A stretch of 64,000 nt of DNA from the human T2T-CHM13v2.0 reference genome, Homo sapiens. Below the pieces are notes generated by a model. That model made no database searches and was not told the DNA's origin. It was given only the letters and a program-made list of their open reading frames with translations. Shown here one piece after another: positions 29,773 to 44,933 of this stretch. The translations under genes were made by a program, and so were the position numbers. The DNA lies in assembly GCF_009914755.1 (NCBI RefSeq), contig NC_060925.1; one strand, written 5' to 3'. How positions within the stretch are numbered: position 1 is the first letter of the stretch; every line of letters begins with the position of its first letter.

Positions 29773-29879
29773 CTCTAGAACATACCCCCACTTCTAGAAA
29801 ACATTAAAGGTTAAAGGCATATAGTGTGTCTGACCCTGCTGTTACTTGGAATGATCTTCATTAATGCCCTTGGCACCTC

Positions 29880-30795
29880 ATATATACAACTGGCTGCTGA
29901 ACCTCTTGACTTGGAAATCTACCAGGTTTCTCAGACTTTGCACGTGTAATATGGAGCTCGTGACCCCCTGCCTCCCAGTAATTCCAGCATACTCTCTTTC
30001 CCCAAATGACACCACCATCTATCTAGCTACTCAAGGCTAAAGCCATTATGTTATCCTTTGTACCTCTCTCCCCCTCAGATTGATCTGCATATACTGTACA
30101 TTCTACCTGCTAAGTAGATCTCGAATTTTTTTGTTTGTTTCTATTTCTACTGAAATCCTAATCCAAGCTGCTCTCATTTCTTTCCTGGTCTACCAAATAG
30201 CTTCTAGGTAATCCCTTGCTTCCACTTCCTCCCCCTTCCATTTATTATCCTCATAGTCCTGAGTGATATTTCTCCATAAAAACCTAACCATGTTGCTGTC
30301 TTTTAAATCCTATAGTGACTCCCATTGTCTTAGAACCAGGTCCACAACATTTAAGATGACCTATGACACCCTATCTGATCTTTCACTTACTGCCTCTTCC
30401 CACTCCTCCCCCCTCACCTCTCTGTTCTTCTTTCTGTTCATTACATACCTGATCCCTCTAGCCTCAGCTCCCCAACACAGGTACTTCCATCTCCTAGGAT
30501 GCTCTCTTTCCTTCCCCTCCACCCCTATTCATCCTTCAGATTTCAGCTCAAATGATATCTAGTTTGGAAACCCTTCACTGGCCCTCCTAACTCAATTAGA
30601 TCCCATTTGATAATTTATTTTGGGTACCTTGTATATGTTCTCTTCTGCTATATTTATCACAGTTGAAATGAAATTTTTGACATAATTTATTCCCTCGCTG
30701 AACTGTAAGCCTCATAAGGTCAGAAATACTGTATTCTTGACCCTTATCCCAATTCCTGGCACAGTGCCTTTTTGAATAAAAGAAAGAATGAATGA
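29880..30795 (+). mobile_element. L2 3' portion
   Basis: caccaccatctatctagctactcaag...actgtaagc...cctggcacagtgcc...gaatgaatga terminal repeat. Confidence 0.75.
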
Positions 30796-32049
30796 TATTT
30801 TCTGACTTCACTCACTGAGGGAGTTTAAGATGAAATAGACTTAGGCAGCAACATGAAGAATATAGATTGAATACTGAAAAAAACTAAAACTGAGAGTTAT
30901 TGAGTATTGGGGGACTATCTTACTAAGCAGCAGCATAGATACAAATAGGTCTAGTGATGGCAAAATGCTGTTATAATGCTCAGTGCACAAAATACATATA
31001 CAGGAAAGAATGGGGTAAGGAGGAATTAGTCTTCCTGGTAGCCTGCTGCTTTATGAGAGGAGGGATTGTTGGTTGTGACTCACTGAGGCACAGAGCTGTA
31101 GGAAGCTAACAAAAGGCATTTTCACAAAGCACCCAAGCTGGGTGGACGTAGAGGAGTTACTGCTGGAGCACTGTGCTTTTTCTCTGTACAAGTACTCTCC
31201 AGGGAGTGAGGATTTCTGTTTAGCATTGAAATATTTTAATCAGAGGAAACATTTTGAAGTGACACCACTTCATGCCAATTCTCAGTTTGATCTCTCCTTT
31301 GAAGGAAGGCTCCTTCAGGCTGCTTGTCGATTATTCCTACCCAAAGAAGAGTCTATATCTCAAATAGTTCACCTACTCCCACCCCTGATTTCCATTTCAT
31401 TGAATAATTTAAATACGTTCTCCTCTCCCAGCCTGGCCTCCGCCTCTTTGCCCCAAGAGTGTCCTGCTGAGCTGATTTATATCCTTTCTGAAGCAGTAAA
31501 ATTTCTATTTATACACTTAATTGAGGAAACATGCCTCCAGTGAAAACCACCGAGAATCAGTCTGATGGTCATGGCAGGGATTTGATGTTCTGGGGCATCA
31601 GAGAGAACCCAAAGACTCTGTGGTGGTGGTAATTCAATGTATTGGCCATGTTGATTAGTTTGATTTTGAAGATAGAGAATTCCAAATTGGGTTTAAGAAA
31701 TCAACCAATTTAAAAGTATTGTTGATTGTAAATTGATCAACGTGATCCAAACTATGGTTATTTGATTCTATGGAATCCTAACTCACCGCTTGGCAAGACA
31801 TACATATCTAGTTGGCCTGATTAGAAAACCTTTTTGCTAGGGGTCAGTAGTCCAAGCCCCAACTAAGCCTCTGAGGGAGTATAAAGCAAATTTGAGAAGA
31901 GCTGTGGCATTTGGTAATGGCTCATGGCCTTCTATTCCTCCTCCATTTGGATTTCTTTCAACAAATTGAAATCAAGCACTTACTGGACATAAGCCATTTT
32001 CTCCAGAAAATGGTACCCTTTCTCGACAGAGCCCACTTAGGCATAGTCA

Positions 32050-32434
32050 ACGTGGCTATTCATTTCTTAACTTACTCATTTAGGAAAAAAATTCTCAGCA
32101 CCTTATGTAGAAGACACTTTGCACATTACTGAAGGACTCTAAACTGAATAAGACATGATCCCTGCCATGAATGAAGGTGTCTTGCCTGGCCTCCTATCAG
32201 AGTACTCATATTATGATGACTGCTTTGGATTAAAGACATAATAAAACCATGAAATGGGAGCTTCTCTCTATGAAGAGCTAAGAGATCTATAAGACAAATG
32301 AACTTGCCTTTATAAACATAATAAAATACTGATTGACCTAGTCTTCCCAGGCATTGCTTAGAAGAAAGGCCCAGGCTAGAGATAGAAATTTGGGACCATA
32401 TAGATGATATTTTGGAGCCATGAGAATATTTGAG

Positions 32435-32489
<55 letters not shown>

Positions 32490-33150
32490 GTGTGTGAGAG
32501 TGTGTGTGTGTGTGTGTGTATGTGTGCACACACGCATGCAAAGAGAAGAAAAGGCAGCCAAGGAACACCAATATTGAGAAGTTGGATCGAGGGGGAGCTG
32601 AGGAGGAGGAAAATCTAGAGGGTGATTTCACAGAAACCAAGAAGAGGGGAGATTTCATGGAGAGGAAGTGGTCCACGGTGGTGATGCTACTCAGGGGTCG
32701 AGTAAAATGAGAGTGCTGGCAGTGAGAAAAGAAAGCTGTGAGAGTTCATCCCTGCCCACTAGGGGCTTATGATCCAGATGGAGAGGTGAGATGTGCACAG
32801 ACCAGTTGAGGACCACTGTAAAGCATTACGTGCGAGTGGCCAGAATGAGGCACAGAGGCCCCTGATGTTCATGGTGGTCAGTGTGAGCTAAGCTTTTGGG
32901 AAAGGTTCATTAAAGAGCCAAGGCTTGAATAGCACACTGGAGAATCAACAGTAGGATTTGGCTAGGGTCAGGAGGGAGAAGAAGACTAGCATTGCAGGCT
33001 GGGAGAACAGTGCGTGCGCTACCTGAAGTCAGGCATGGGCATTCTGTATCCAGGTCACGAGGCTGCCAAGACAAATGGAAGAAGGGCGGTTAGAGAGGCC
33101 ACATGGTTCCCATAGAAAGGGATTTGAATGCCATGCTTAGAAATTTAGGA
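32050..33150 (-). mobile_element. Fragmented antisense L2
   Basis: Degenerate L2 phrases (aataagacatgatccctgcc, atttgaatgccatgct); boundaries approximate. Confidence 0.45.
32439..32540. repeat. Compound microsatellite (AG)24 followed by (TG)n
   Basis: Perfect AG run 32439-32486; (TG)9 at 32501-32518. Confidence 0.97.
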
Positions 33151-34612
33151 ACAGAAACCACTTAACCAAACAGGAGAGCGTTAAATTAACATATTAATCC
33201 CACACATCAAATTAGCCTGTTGTGCCAGCTTATTAGTGCTCACCCGGGCCTCTGGGTCTGGAAAAAAGCAATGCGTGTTGTTATGAATGGTGTGTTCCTT
33301 GGTGGATTACGACCCATTGGCACCCCCACAGCATTGTCTCCCACTCCTAAGGATCATTAGCAATGCAGGAAACACACTATGCAATTCGCTGGTTACACAT
33401 TTTCTTCTCTGTGGGAATTGGAAGCCTGAATCTTAACCTCTCTGGTCTAAGAGGTAGAATTCTGAAAATAATTCCATGTTAGTTCAAATATGTTTAGTAT
33501 GGCGAAAGCATTTTCAAGGGTTCTTTTTAACTTTCCATGACTGAGTCGGCTATCTGACAGATAGAAGGCTTTGAAATAGAACCCATTTTCAGTTATTCCT
33601 GGACTGATGAGCGCCAGGACTGGCCAGTGCTTGGCCTTCTGCTGCCTTTGCTCGGCTGCTCAGTTTCTTCTGGAGTAAGACGGGTGTCCTGCTCCAATCA
33701 TCGGCTGCTATCATGGCATTCTTATACCTTCTCCCTGCTTAATGCAAACTCTCACCTGAGAAACCATAATCTCAGGAACGAGTACTGAGCCAAAGATGAG
33801 ATCCATAGTGTGAATGTAAATGGTTGAAACTGGCTTTTCTCGGTGGTTTGTGGAGTTTGATTCTTTATCTGTGAGTCTCTGGTCTCTGTTTCTGCAGCAC
33901 AGATGAATGGTGGTTGCTCTAATCTCAGTCTAGTGCCTAGCAGCTTTCCATAGATGAACTTGGGAAAAATAAATAATCTTAGTATGTATATGTTGAAGAT
34001 TTGGCTGTGTCTTTCCAATTCTGGGTATCTTTTTCTCCCCTAAATCCAAATTACCCACTGGAGGTGACAAAGCTTGAATTTCCAGTGTTCCTGTTACTGA
34101 TGGAAAGAAAAATAGCCCCCTTGTTTCTTCCTAAAATAATATGCACATACTCACTGCAATATATTTTTACAATGTGTATTTATATATGTACATATGCTGT
34201 GACTATATGTGTGCAACGTGTGTGTGTGCATGCCTATGTACTGATTTTTAAAGATCTAAGGCAGAGATGTGCAGGACTTCCAAAATAAAATTCTTCTAAA
34301 GTATCTCACATTCCTTCCAAGACCTAGAAATAAACTCTGCTTTAAAAAGCCTTTCGAGCAGCTGCTGGCCTTGTTAGAGATAAGCTGGGTTGGTATCAAT
34401 ATACTTGTGATTACTGACATGTATTGAAACACAATTTAAGTTGGATCTTGCTTTTTCTTCTGGTGTCAAACTTGTAGTTTACCTAATAGGCTGGAGTAAT
34501 TGCTGGAACAGACACTGACTGTCTGCGGAAGGGTGGGAAGCAAGGGTATAATATAAAAGGTGAAGTTCATCCATCAAACTGACTGCAGCTATTAACAGTG
34601 ATGTTAAGATAG

Positions 34613-34919
34613 TTTTTTTGTTTTGTTTTGTTTTGTTTTGAGACAGAGTCTCACTAGCCTGGAGTGCAGTGGTGCAATCTAGGCTCACTGCAACCTCCAC
34701 CTCCCAGGTTCAAGTGAAGCTTCTGCTTCAGCCTCTCGAGTAGTTGGGACTACAGGTGCATGCCACCAAGCCCAGCTATTTTTTTTTTTTTTTGTATTTT
34801 TAGTAGAGACAGGGTTTCACCATGTTAGCCAGGATGGTCTCGATCTCCTGACCTCGTGACCTGCCCACTTCGGCCTCCCAAAGTGCTGGGATTACAGGCC
34901 TGAGTCACTGCGCCCAGCC
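34613..34919 (-). mobile_element. AluSc-like
   Basis: ccaggatggtctcgatctcctgacctcgtga; TSD taa(g/a)atagtttt. Confidence 0.93.
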
Positions 34920-35269
34920 TAAAATAGTTTTATTGAGAGGGAATATGTTCTTGACATATTAGTTTTAAATGATCACCAAAGAATGATAGATTTAATAAAA
35001 CCTTATTTTATTTAAAAATACACATACACAGAAAAGTATGTGAAAGGTTATATACTAAAATAATTGTGGTGGTTAACTCTTACTGGTGGTATTATTTGTG
35101 ATACATAGTCTCTTATTTTTGCTTATTTATATTTTCAACTTTTGCTACAGTAAATGTATACTGTTGTCTAACTAAAAATTATTGAGAGAGAGGTGAGCAG
35201 GACGGATTCACCCTAGGGAGGTTTTGATTAGCTGATCCTGGATGCTTGATTTATGTTAAAAATTGAAAG

Positions 35270-35576
<307 letters not shown>

Positions 35577-35654
35577 AGAAATTGAAAGATAGAGGTGTCA
35601 TTCTCCAGAACAAACTAGGGCTGTTGTAGTTGCCACCCTTTGCCAAAGAGGAAA

Positions 35655-35860
35655 TGGTACCAGATACTGTACAAGAATCTTTCACATTTGTTATTTGATG
35701 TAACCACTGTAGCAAACCTCCAGGGTAGGTGTTACTACCTCCAGTGTTACAGATGTTACAGATAGGGAAACTGGAGACTGGGGAAGGTAAATAATTTATC
35801 TCAGAACACAGTTAGTTAAATGAGGGAGGGAGTCAAACCCAGTTATACATGATCTAAGCT
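35655..35860 (-). mobile_element. MIR
   Basis: ttacagatagggaaactggagact...aggtaaataattt antisense core. Confidence 0.7.
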
Positions 35861-36089
35861 TCCTGGATTTCAGACTAGAAGAATCTTCTTTTTGATAAAC
35901 CCCTCCTACTTAGATCACCCCATTCACTTCATGTCTCTTTGCTGCTTATGCATACTGGGCATTGGATTGATTAATATTCCAGCCCTCAGTACTTGGACAA
36001 CATGGGTTTCGATTGTGTCTCCTCTCAACCTGTTTATTAAATAACTACTCTGAAAAATTGGTCCGACTAAAAAGGGAATGTTCACAGAA

Positions 36090-36235
36090 GGAATTTTACC
36101 ACATTATCTCATGTGATGTTAACAGTAGCCTTATAGGCGTGTATTATCATTATTCCCATTTTACCAGGAGAAAAACTGAAACCTGAAAGTTTAAGTAAGA
36201 TACGTCCATGGCTCACACATCAAGTATGAATGCAA
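36090..36235 (-). mobile_element. MIR
   Basis: attattcccattttaccaggagaaaaactgaa antisense core. Confidence 0.6.
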
Positions 36236-36333
36236 TAAGTAAATAAATAAGCAAACAAGCAGCCTCCATTCATCCCATTCTTGGGTCCCTTTCCCCAGCA
36301 ACAGTAATGTTCAGTTCTCTTAGTTGTTTGTGA

Positions 36334-36691
<358 letters not shown>

Positions 36692-36719
36692 TATTTCTTC
36701 ATTTATGAATTGTAACTAT

Positions 36720-37520
36720 TAACTGCTTTCTTCATGAAATGTTAGCATCTTAGACCTACTCCCTATTTTTCCTCCTAATATAATAACTTCATTTTTTTTT
36801 GTTAATTCAGCACTCAGCACACCATGGTAAGTGTGGCTCACTGCCAAACTCTTTAATATAAGTACATTTCCTTTCTTACACAACTGTTTCCTCCACTTAA
36901 GTGAAGAATTGCCTTGCCATTTTTTTCTTTCATTAGTTTACTGTCCCTCCTTCTTCCCAGATTCTCCAATAGAACTAGAAAATCCCTCAGATAGAATTTT
37001 CCACATGGTCAGAGGTATCTGCTCATCTGTCTATTCTCTTCCTTTCCTGGAGAATCTCTCTTGAAGCCCTTCCATCCTCTTTTCCTACCTGACTCACTGC
37101 TCTTTAGATGCTCTGTTTAGCTGTTGCACTGATGCTTCCCTTCTCCTCTCTCCTTTAACAAATCCCTGTTTCTTTGTGCTGGGTCTTGTTTTTTCTTTTT
37201 CTCCCTTGATTTGGTGGAGGACATCCTTTAGTAGCTTTTTAAGAAAAAGGCCATAGGAGATAGTTTTTTGAGATCTTGTATTTTCAAAAATGTCTTATTT
37301 TTACTCTCACACTTGATTGATTAGGCACTGGATCTCAGGTTGAAAAGTAATTTGTCCTAAGAATTTTGAAGATATTATCTGTCTTTTAGCTTTTAGCTTT
37401 TCTGTTGAGAAATGCCATTTTCATTATTGTATGCATTCTGTTTTTTGCTCTGGAAGCATTACTGCGAACATCTTCGGTATATATCTAAAATTTTACTGTG
37501 CCCATTGTCCCTGCCTTTAA
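36720..37520 (-). mobile_element. Old HAL1 or L1ME ORF1-type fragment
   Basis: aaaaatgtcttattttactctcacacttgattga...ggttgaaaa...aagaattttgaag; degenerate. Confidence 0.45.
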
Positions 37521-38744
37521 ATTCTCTTTGATGCAGTTTATCTGTGAAAGAACTTTTATCCTGGGGGTGAAGAAGGAAGAGGGAAACCTCGTGCTCTATA
37601 TGTTTATTACCCAGATTTTTAACTAATCTTCCTGTTTTTTTCTTCTTCATGGGTTACTCTTGCTATCTGTGCTACCTGGTGCCTCTATGCCTGGGCCTTA
37701 TGGGTATTTGGTGTATAAATGGCTTTCATCTCTTCAGCATCTAGTATTTGGGTATCTCAAATCTGCTAATTCTTTAATCTGCTCTATCTTATTAAAATGG
37801 GTTGACTTTGCTCACCCTGCTCTTCATTTTTTATCTGTGAATGTGTATCCTTTTCAAATGTTTACTTGCATTTTAATGAGTCTTGTGAAGGCATCAGAGA
37901 TGTTTATGTTGTTTAATTGGATATCGCTAGAGGAGTTTTGTTTCCTATCACTTGGTGAATCATTCTTAGATTTTAAAATATTAAGGTTACTTAAAAAGGA
38001 GGCCTTGCTTTAAGCTGTTGTTTTTGTGGTTGAACAGAATATAGCTGAGGCCACAGCTGTCACATCCTAGGCTTATTCAGTAGTCCCAAGGGATCTAAGT
38101 GTAGCCTGGAGAGGGAGGCCCCCAGTACCATGAGCAGCTATCACTTGGGTGTGATGGTCGACAGACTTTCATCTTCCCACCCATGTGCCTTGACTCTTTA
38201 TGCTCAAGGGAGATGGCCAGGGTCTAAGGTCATTTAGTGGAAAGATTCCTAGGTTTTCTTTTCTTTTTTTTTTTCCCCGTTACTTCTTTTTAACTTAATG
38301 AAGTCATTCACGACCATATGCCTTAAAAAAAATAGAGAGAGAGAGATGAGGCTGAAAGTCCTCTGGGATACCCACCCCCTAACAACCACACCCTGCTCAT
38401 TTTCCTCCCCGAGAGGTAACCATTATTATCAGTTCGAATGTAGTCTCCCATACCTTTGCTGCTTTGTGTTTGTGTGGTTTAAGAAACATTCTAAAATTTG
38501 CACTTCTTTTCACCCTCACTGATATGTTGTGAAGATGATCCTATGATAGTATATGCAGATCTGTGTAATCAGGAATGATATGGATGGTATGGATATATAA
38601 TTTAGCCATTCTCCTGTTGAAAATTCAGGTTGCTTCTATTTTTTTCTCTTGCAAATAATGCATCTGCAGTGAAGACTCCATTTCGAGATTCCTTGTACAT
38701 GTGTGTACGTGGTTCTTTAGGGCAGTTACCAAGAACAAAATAGG

Positions 38745-38845
38745 ATAGAGGAGTTGGCAAACTAAGGTCCATGAGCCAGATTTGGTCAACTGATTGTTTT
38801 TGTATGGCCTGCAGTTATGAATCATTTTTACATTTTAAAATTGTA
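38745..38845. mobile_element. MER58B/Charlie-like hAT end
   Basis: gagttggcaaacta...gtttttgtatggcctgc...tttttacatttt. Confidence 0.6.
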
Positions 38846-39192
38846 TTATTGAATACTCTGTGCTTTCCTCAGTTATTTAAAAGATCACCTTTAATATATA
38901 GTAAGTATCAAAATAGACTTGGATTCATTTTTTGGCTATCTATTCTGTTGCGTTGATCTAGTTGATTATTCCAGTTTTAAATACTAGAGTTTTAAATTGT
39001 GTCCTGATTTCTGCTAGGGAAAGCCCCTACCTTTTCTGGCATTTTTTCAGAATTGCATTGGCTAGTTTTGCCTGTTGACTCTTCTGTCTGAATCTTAGAA
39101 CTGGTGAAGTTCCCCAAAACTCTGTTTGGTATTATTATTGGAATTTTTTAGATGTGCATTTAATTGTAGTATGATTTGAGTAGAGTTAACAT

Positions 39193-39688
39193 TGTCTTAG
39201 TCCATTTGTGCTGCTGTAATGAAATACCTGAGACAGGGTAATTTATGAAGAACAGAAATTTATTTCCTAGAGTCCTGGAGGCTGGGAGTCAAAGATCAAG
39301 ACACTGGCCATTTAAGTGTCTGGTGAGGGCCCAGTCTCTCCCTCCAAGATGGCATCTTGTTGCTGCATCCTCCAGAGGGGACAAAACTGAATTGACTCAC
39401 AGTTCAACATGGCTTGGGAGGCCTCAGGAAACTTACAATCATGGCGGAAGGCGAAGGGGATGCAAGGCACCTTCTTCACAAGGCTAAAAGAGGAAGTGCC
39501 AAGCGAAGGGGGAAGAGCCCCTTATAAAACCATCAGAGCTCATGAAAATCCACTATCATGTGAGCAGCATGGGGGAAACTAGCCCCATGACTCAATGACC
39601 TCCACCTGGTCTCTTCTTTGACACGTGGTGATTATGGGGATTACAATTCAAGATGAGATTTGTGTGGACACAAAGCCTAACAATATCA
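39193..39688 (-). mobile_element. Fused MaLR LTRs: MSTC-like part (39193-~39388) and THE1D-like part (~39390-39688)
   Basis: Left: tgtcttagtcc...ccaagatggcatcttgttgctgcatcctcc. Right: aggcaccttcttcacaagg...caaagcctaacaatatca. No shared TSD. Confidence 0.8.
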
Positions 39689-40027
39689 CTATGGTTGTGC
39701 TTTTTCAAACTTTCTGCTCCTTTTATTCAAAATTTAGGTAATTTATATTTTCTAGATAATTTACATTTTTAAGCTATGTCTGCAAATATATTGTTATATA
39801 ATCTCCAAAGATTTAAAATTTTTCTATATATCTTCTTATTTATTTTGCCTAATTTTCTTAATTGATAAAAATTGCTAAAGTTTACTCATTTTATTTTTCC
39901 TTAAATAAAAACTTTTGGTTTGAATGAGTGAAATTTTAAAAAATGTAATGGTGTGTTAATTCTTGCAAATTGTTGATATTCATTATTTTATTGCAGTGTT
40001 ATCAGTGAGCATAGTTTTTATGGTAAC

Positions 40028-42549
40028 TTTTTTTCTTTATTTTTTCAACTTTTAAGTTTAGGGGTACATGTGCAGGATGTGCAGATTTATTATATAGGTA
40101 GATGTGTGCCATGGTGGTATGCTGCACAGATCATCTCATCTCCTAGGTATTAAGCCCAGCATCCATTAGCTGTTCTTCCTGATGCTTTCCCTCTCCCTAG
40201 CCCCTCAACAGGCCCCAATGTGTGTTGTTCCCCACCATGGGTCCATGTGTTCTCATCATTCAGCTCCCACTTATAAGTGAGAACATGCGGTGCTTGGTTT
40301 TCTGTTCCTGCATTAGTTTGCTGAGGATAATGGCTTTCAACTCCATCCATGTCCCTTCAAAGGATGTGATCTTATTTCTTTTTTGGGCTACATAGTATTT
40401 CATGGTGTATATATACCACATTTTTCTTTGTCCAATCTATCATTGATGGGCGTTTAGATTGACTCCATGTCTTTGCTATTGTGAATAGTGCTGCAATGAA
40501 CATACGTGTGCAAGTATCTTTATAATAGAATGATTTATATTCCCTTGGGTATATACCCAGTAATGGGATTCCTGGGCCAAATGGTATTTCTGCTTCTAGG
40601 TCTTTGAGGAATTGCCACAGTGTCTTCCACAATGGTTGAGTTAACTTACACTCCCACCAACAGTGTAAAAGTGTTTTGTTTTGTTTTGTTTTCTCTGCCA
40701 CCTTGGCAGCATCTGTTCTTTTGACTTTTTTATAATTGCCATTCTGACTGGCATGAGATGCTATCTCATTGTGGTTTTGATTTGCATTTCTCTAATGATC
40801 AGTGATGTTGAGCTTTTTAAAAATATGTTGGCCACATGTGTGTCTTCTTTTGAGAAGTGTCTTTCATGTCCTTTCCCTACTTTTTAATGGGGTTGCTTGT
40901 TTCTCTCTTGTAGATTTATTTAAGTTCCTTATAGATGCTGAATAGTAGACCTTTGTCATATGGATAGATTGCAAATATTTACTCACATTCTGTAAGTTGT
41001 CTGTTCACTCTGATAGTTTATTTTGCTATGCAGAAGCTCTTTAGTTTAATTAGATGCCATTTGTCAATTTTTGCTTTCGTTGCAATTGCTTTTGGGGATT
41101 TTGTCATGAAATCTTTGCCTGTGCCTATGTCCTGAATAGTATTGCCTAGATTTTCTTCTAGGGTTTTTATATTTTGGATTTTATATTTAAGTCTTTAATC
41201 CATCTTGAATTAATTTTTTATATGGTATAAGGAAGAGGTCCAGTTTCAATTTTCTGCATATGGCTAGCCAGTTCTCCCAGCACCATTTTTTAAATAGGGA
41301 ATTGTTTCCCCATTGCTTGTTTTTGTCAGGTTTGTTGGAGATCAGACGATTATAGGTATGCAGTCTCATTTCTGGGTTCTCTATTCTGTTCTATCAGTCT
41401 ATGTGTCTGTTCTTGTACCAGACACATAGTTTTGGTTATTGTAGCCTTGTACTATAGTTTGAAGTCAGGTAGCCTGATGCCTCCAGACTTGTTCTTTTTG
41501 CTTAGGACTTGCCTTGGCTATTTGGGCTCTTTTTTGGTTCCATATGAATTTTAAAATAGTTTTTTCTAATTCTGTGAATGATGTCAATGATAGTTTAATG
41601 GGAATAACACTGAATCTATGAATTACTTTGGGCAGTATGGCCATTTTCACGATATTGATTATTCCTATCCATGAGCATGGAATGTTCTTCCACTTGTGTC
41701 CTCACTGATTTATTTGAGCAGTAGTTTGTAGTTCTCCTTGAAGAGGTCCTTCACTTCCCTTGTTAGCTGTATTCCTAGGTATTTTTTTCTTTTTGTAGCA
41801 ATCGTTAGTGGGAGTTAATTCATGATTTAGCCCTCTGCTTGCCTGTTGTTGGTGTATAGGAATGCTAGGGATTTTTGCACATGATTTTTATATGCTGAGA
41901 CTTTGCTGAAGTTGCTTATCAGCTTAAGTAGCTTTTGGGCTGAGATGATGGGGTTTTCTAAAGATAGGATCATGTCATCTCCAAAGATAATTTGACTTCC
42001 TCTCTTCCTATTTGAATGCGCTTTATTTATTTCTCTTGCCTGATTGCCCTGGCCAGAGCTACCAATACTATGTTGAATAGGAATGGTGAGAGAGAGCATC
42101 CTTGTCTAGTGCTGGTTTTCAAGAGGAACAGTTTCTGCTTTTGCCCATTTAGTATGATGTTGGCTATGGGTTTGTCATATATCACTCTTATATTTTGAGG
42201 TATGTTTCTTCAATACCTAGTTTATTGAGAGTTTTTAACAAGGAGGGATGTTGAATTTTCTCGAAGGCCTTTTCTGCATCTATTGTGATAATCATGTGGT
42301 TTTTTGTCTTTAGTTCTGTTTATGTGATGAATCACCTTTATTGATTTGCGTATGTGGAACCAACTTTGCATCCCAGGGATGAAGCCAACTTGATTGTGGT
42401 GCATAAGCTTTTTGATGTGCTGCTGGATTTGGTTTGCTGGTATTTTATTGAGGATTTTTACATCAATGTTCATCAAGGATATTGACCTGAAGTGTTCTTT
42501 TTTTGTTGTATCTCTGCCATGTTTTGACATCAGGATGACGCTGGCCTTC
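40028..42549 (-). mobile_element. Truncated L1PA10-like, ~2.5 kb
   Basis: gctgcacagatcat...cctaggtattaagcccagcatccattagc 3'UTR; ORF2 RT peptides ([22 protein letters not shown]). Confidence 0.9.
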
Positions 42550-42681
42550 ATGATAGCTTCTTAGAATGTATTTAGGCTCCTTTCCTGGTTTAATACATGT
42601 TGAGTTTGATTATGGCCCACCTGCGTTTGAAAACTGCATGTATTCACTCTTCCATGTATCTATTGGTAAAGGCCTGTTAAT

Positions 42682-44915
<2,234 letters not shown>

Positions 44916-44933
44916 TCCTTTAAAAAATTTTTT

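Larger units (their letters stand above)
38340..40020 (-). mobile_element. Ancient L1ME remnants hosting MER58-like and MaLR insertions
   Basis: gaggtaaccattattatcagtt 3'UTR and degenerate ORF2 segments. Confidence 0.5.

Noticed and set aside
32376-32710. RERE/SLSL/HTHT low-complexity ORFs
   Set aside because: Translations of the AG/TG microsatellite.
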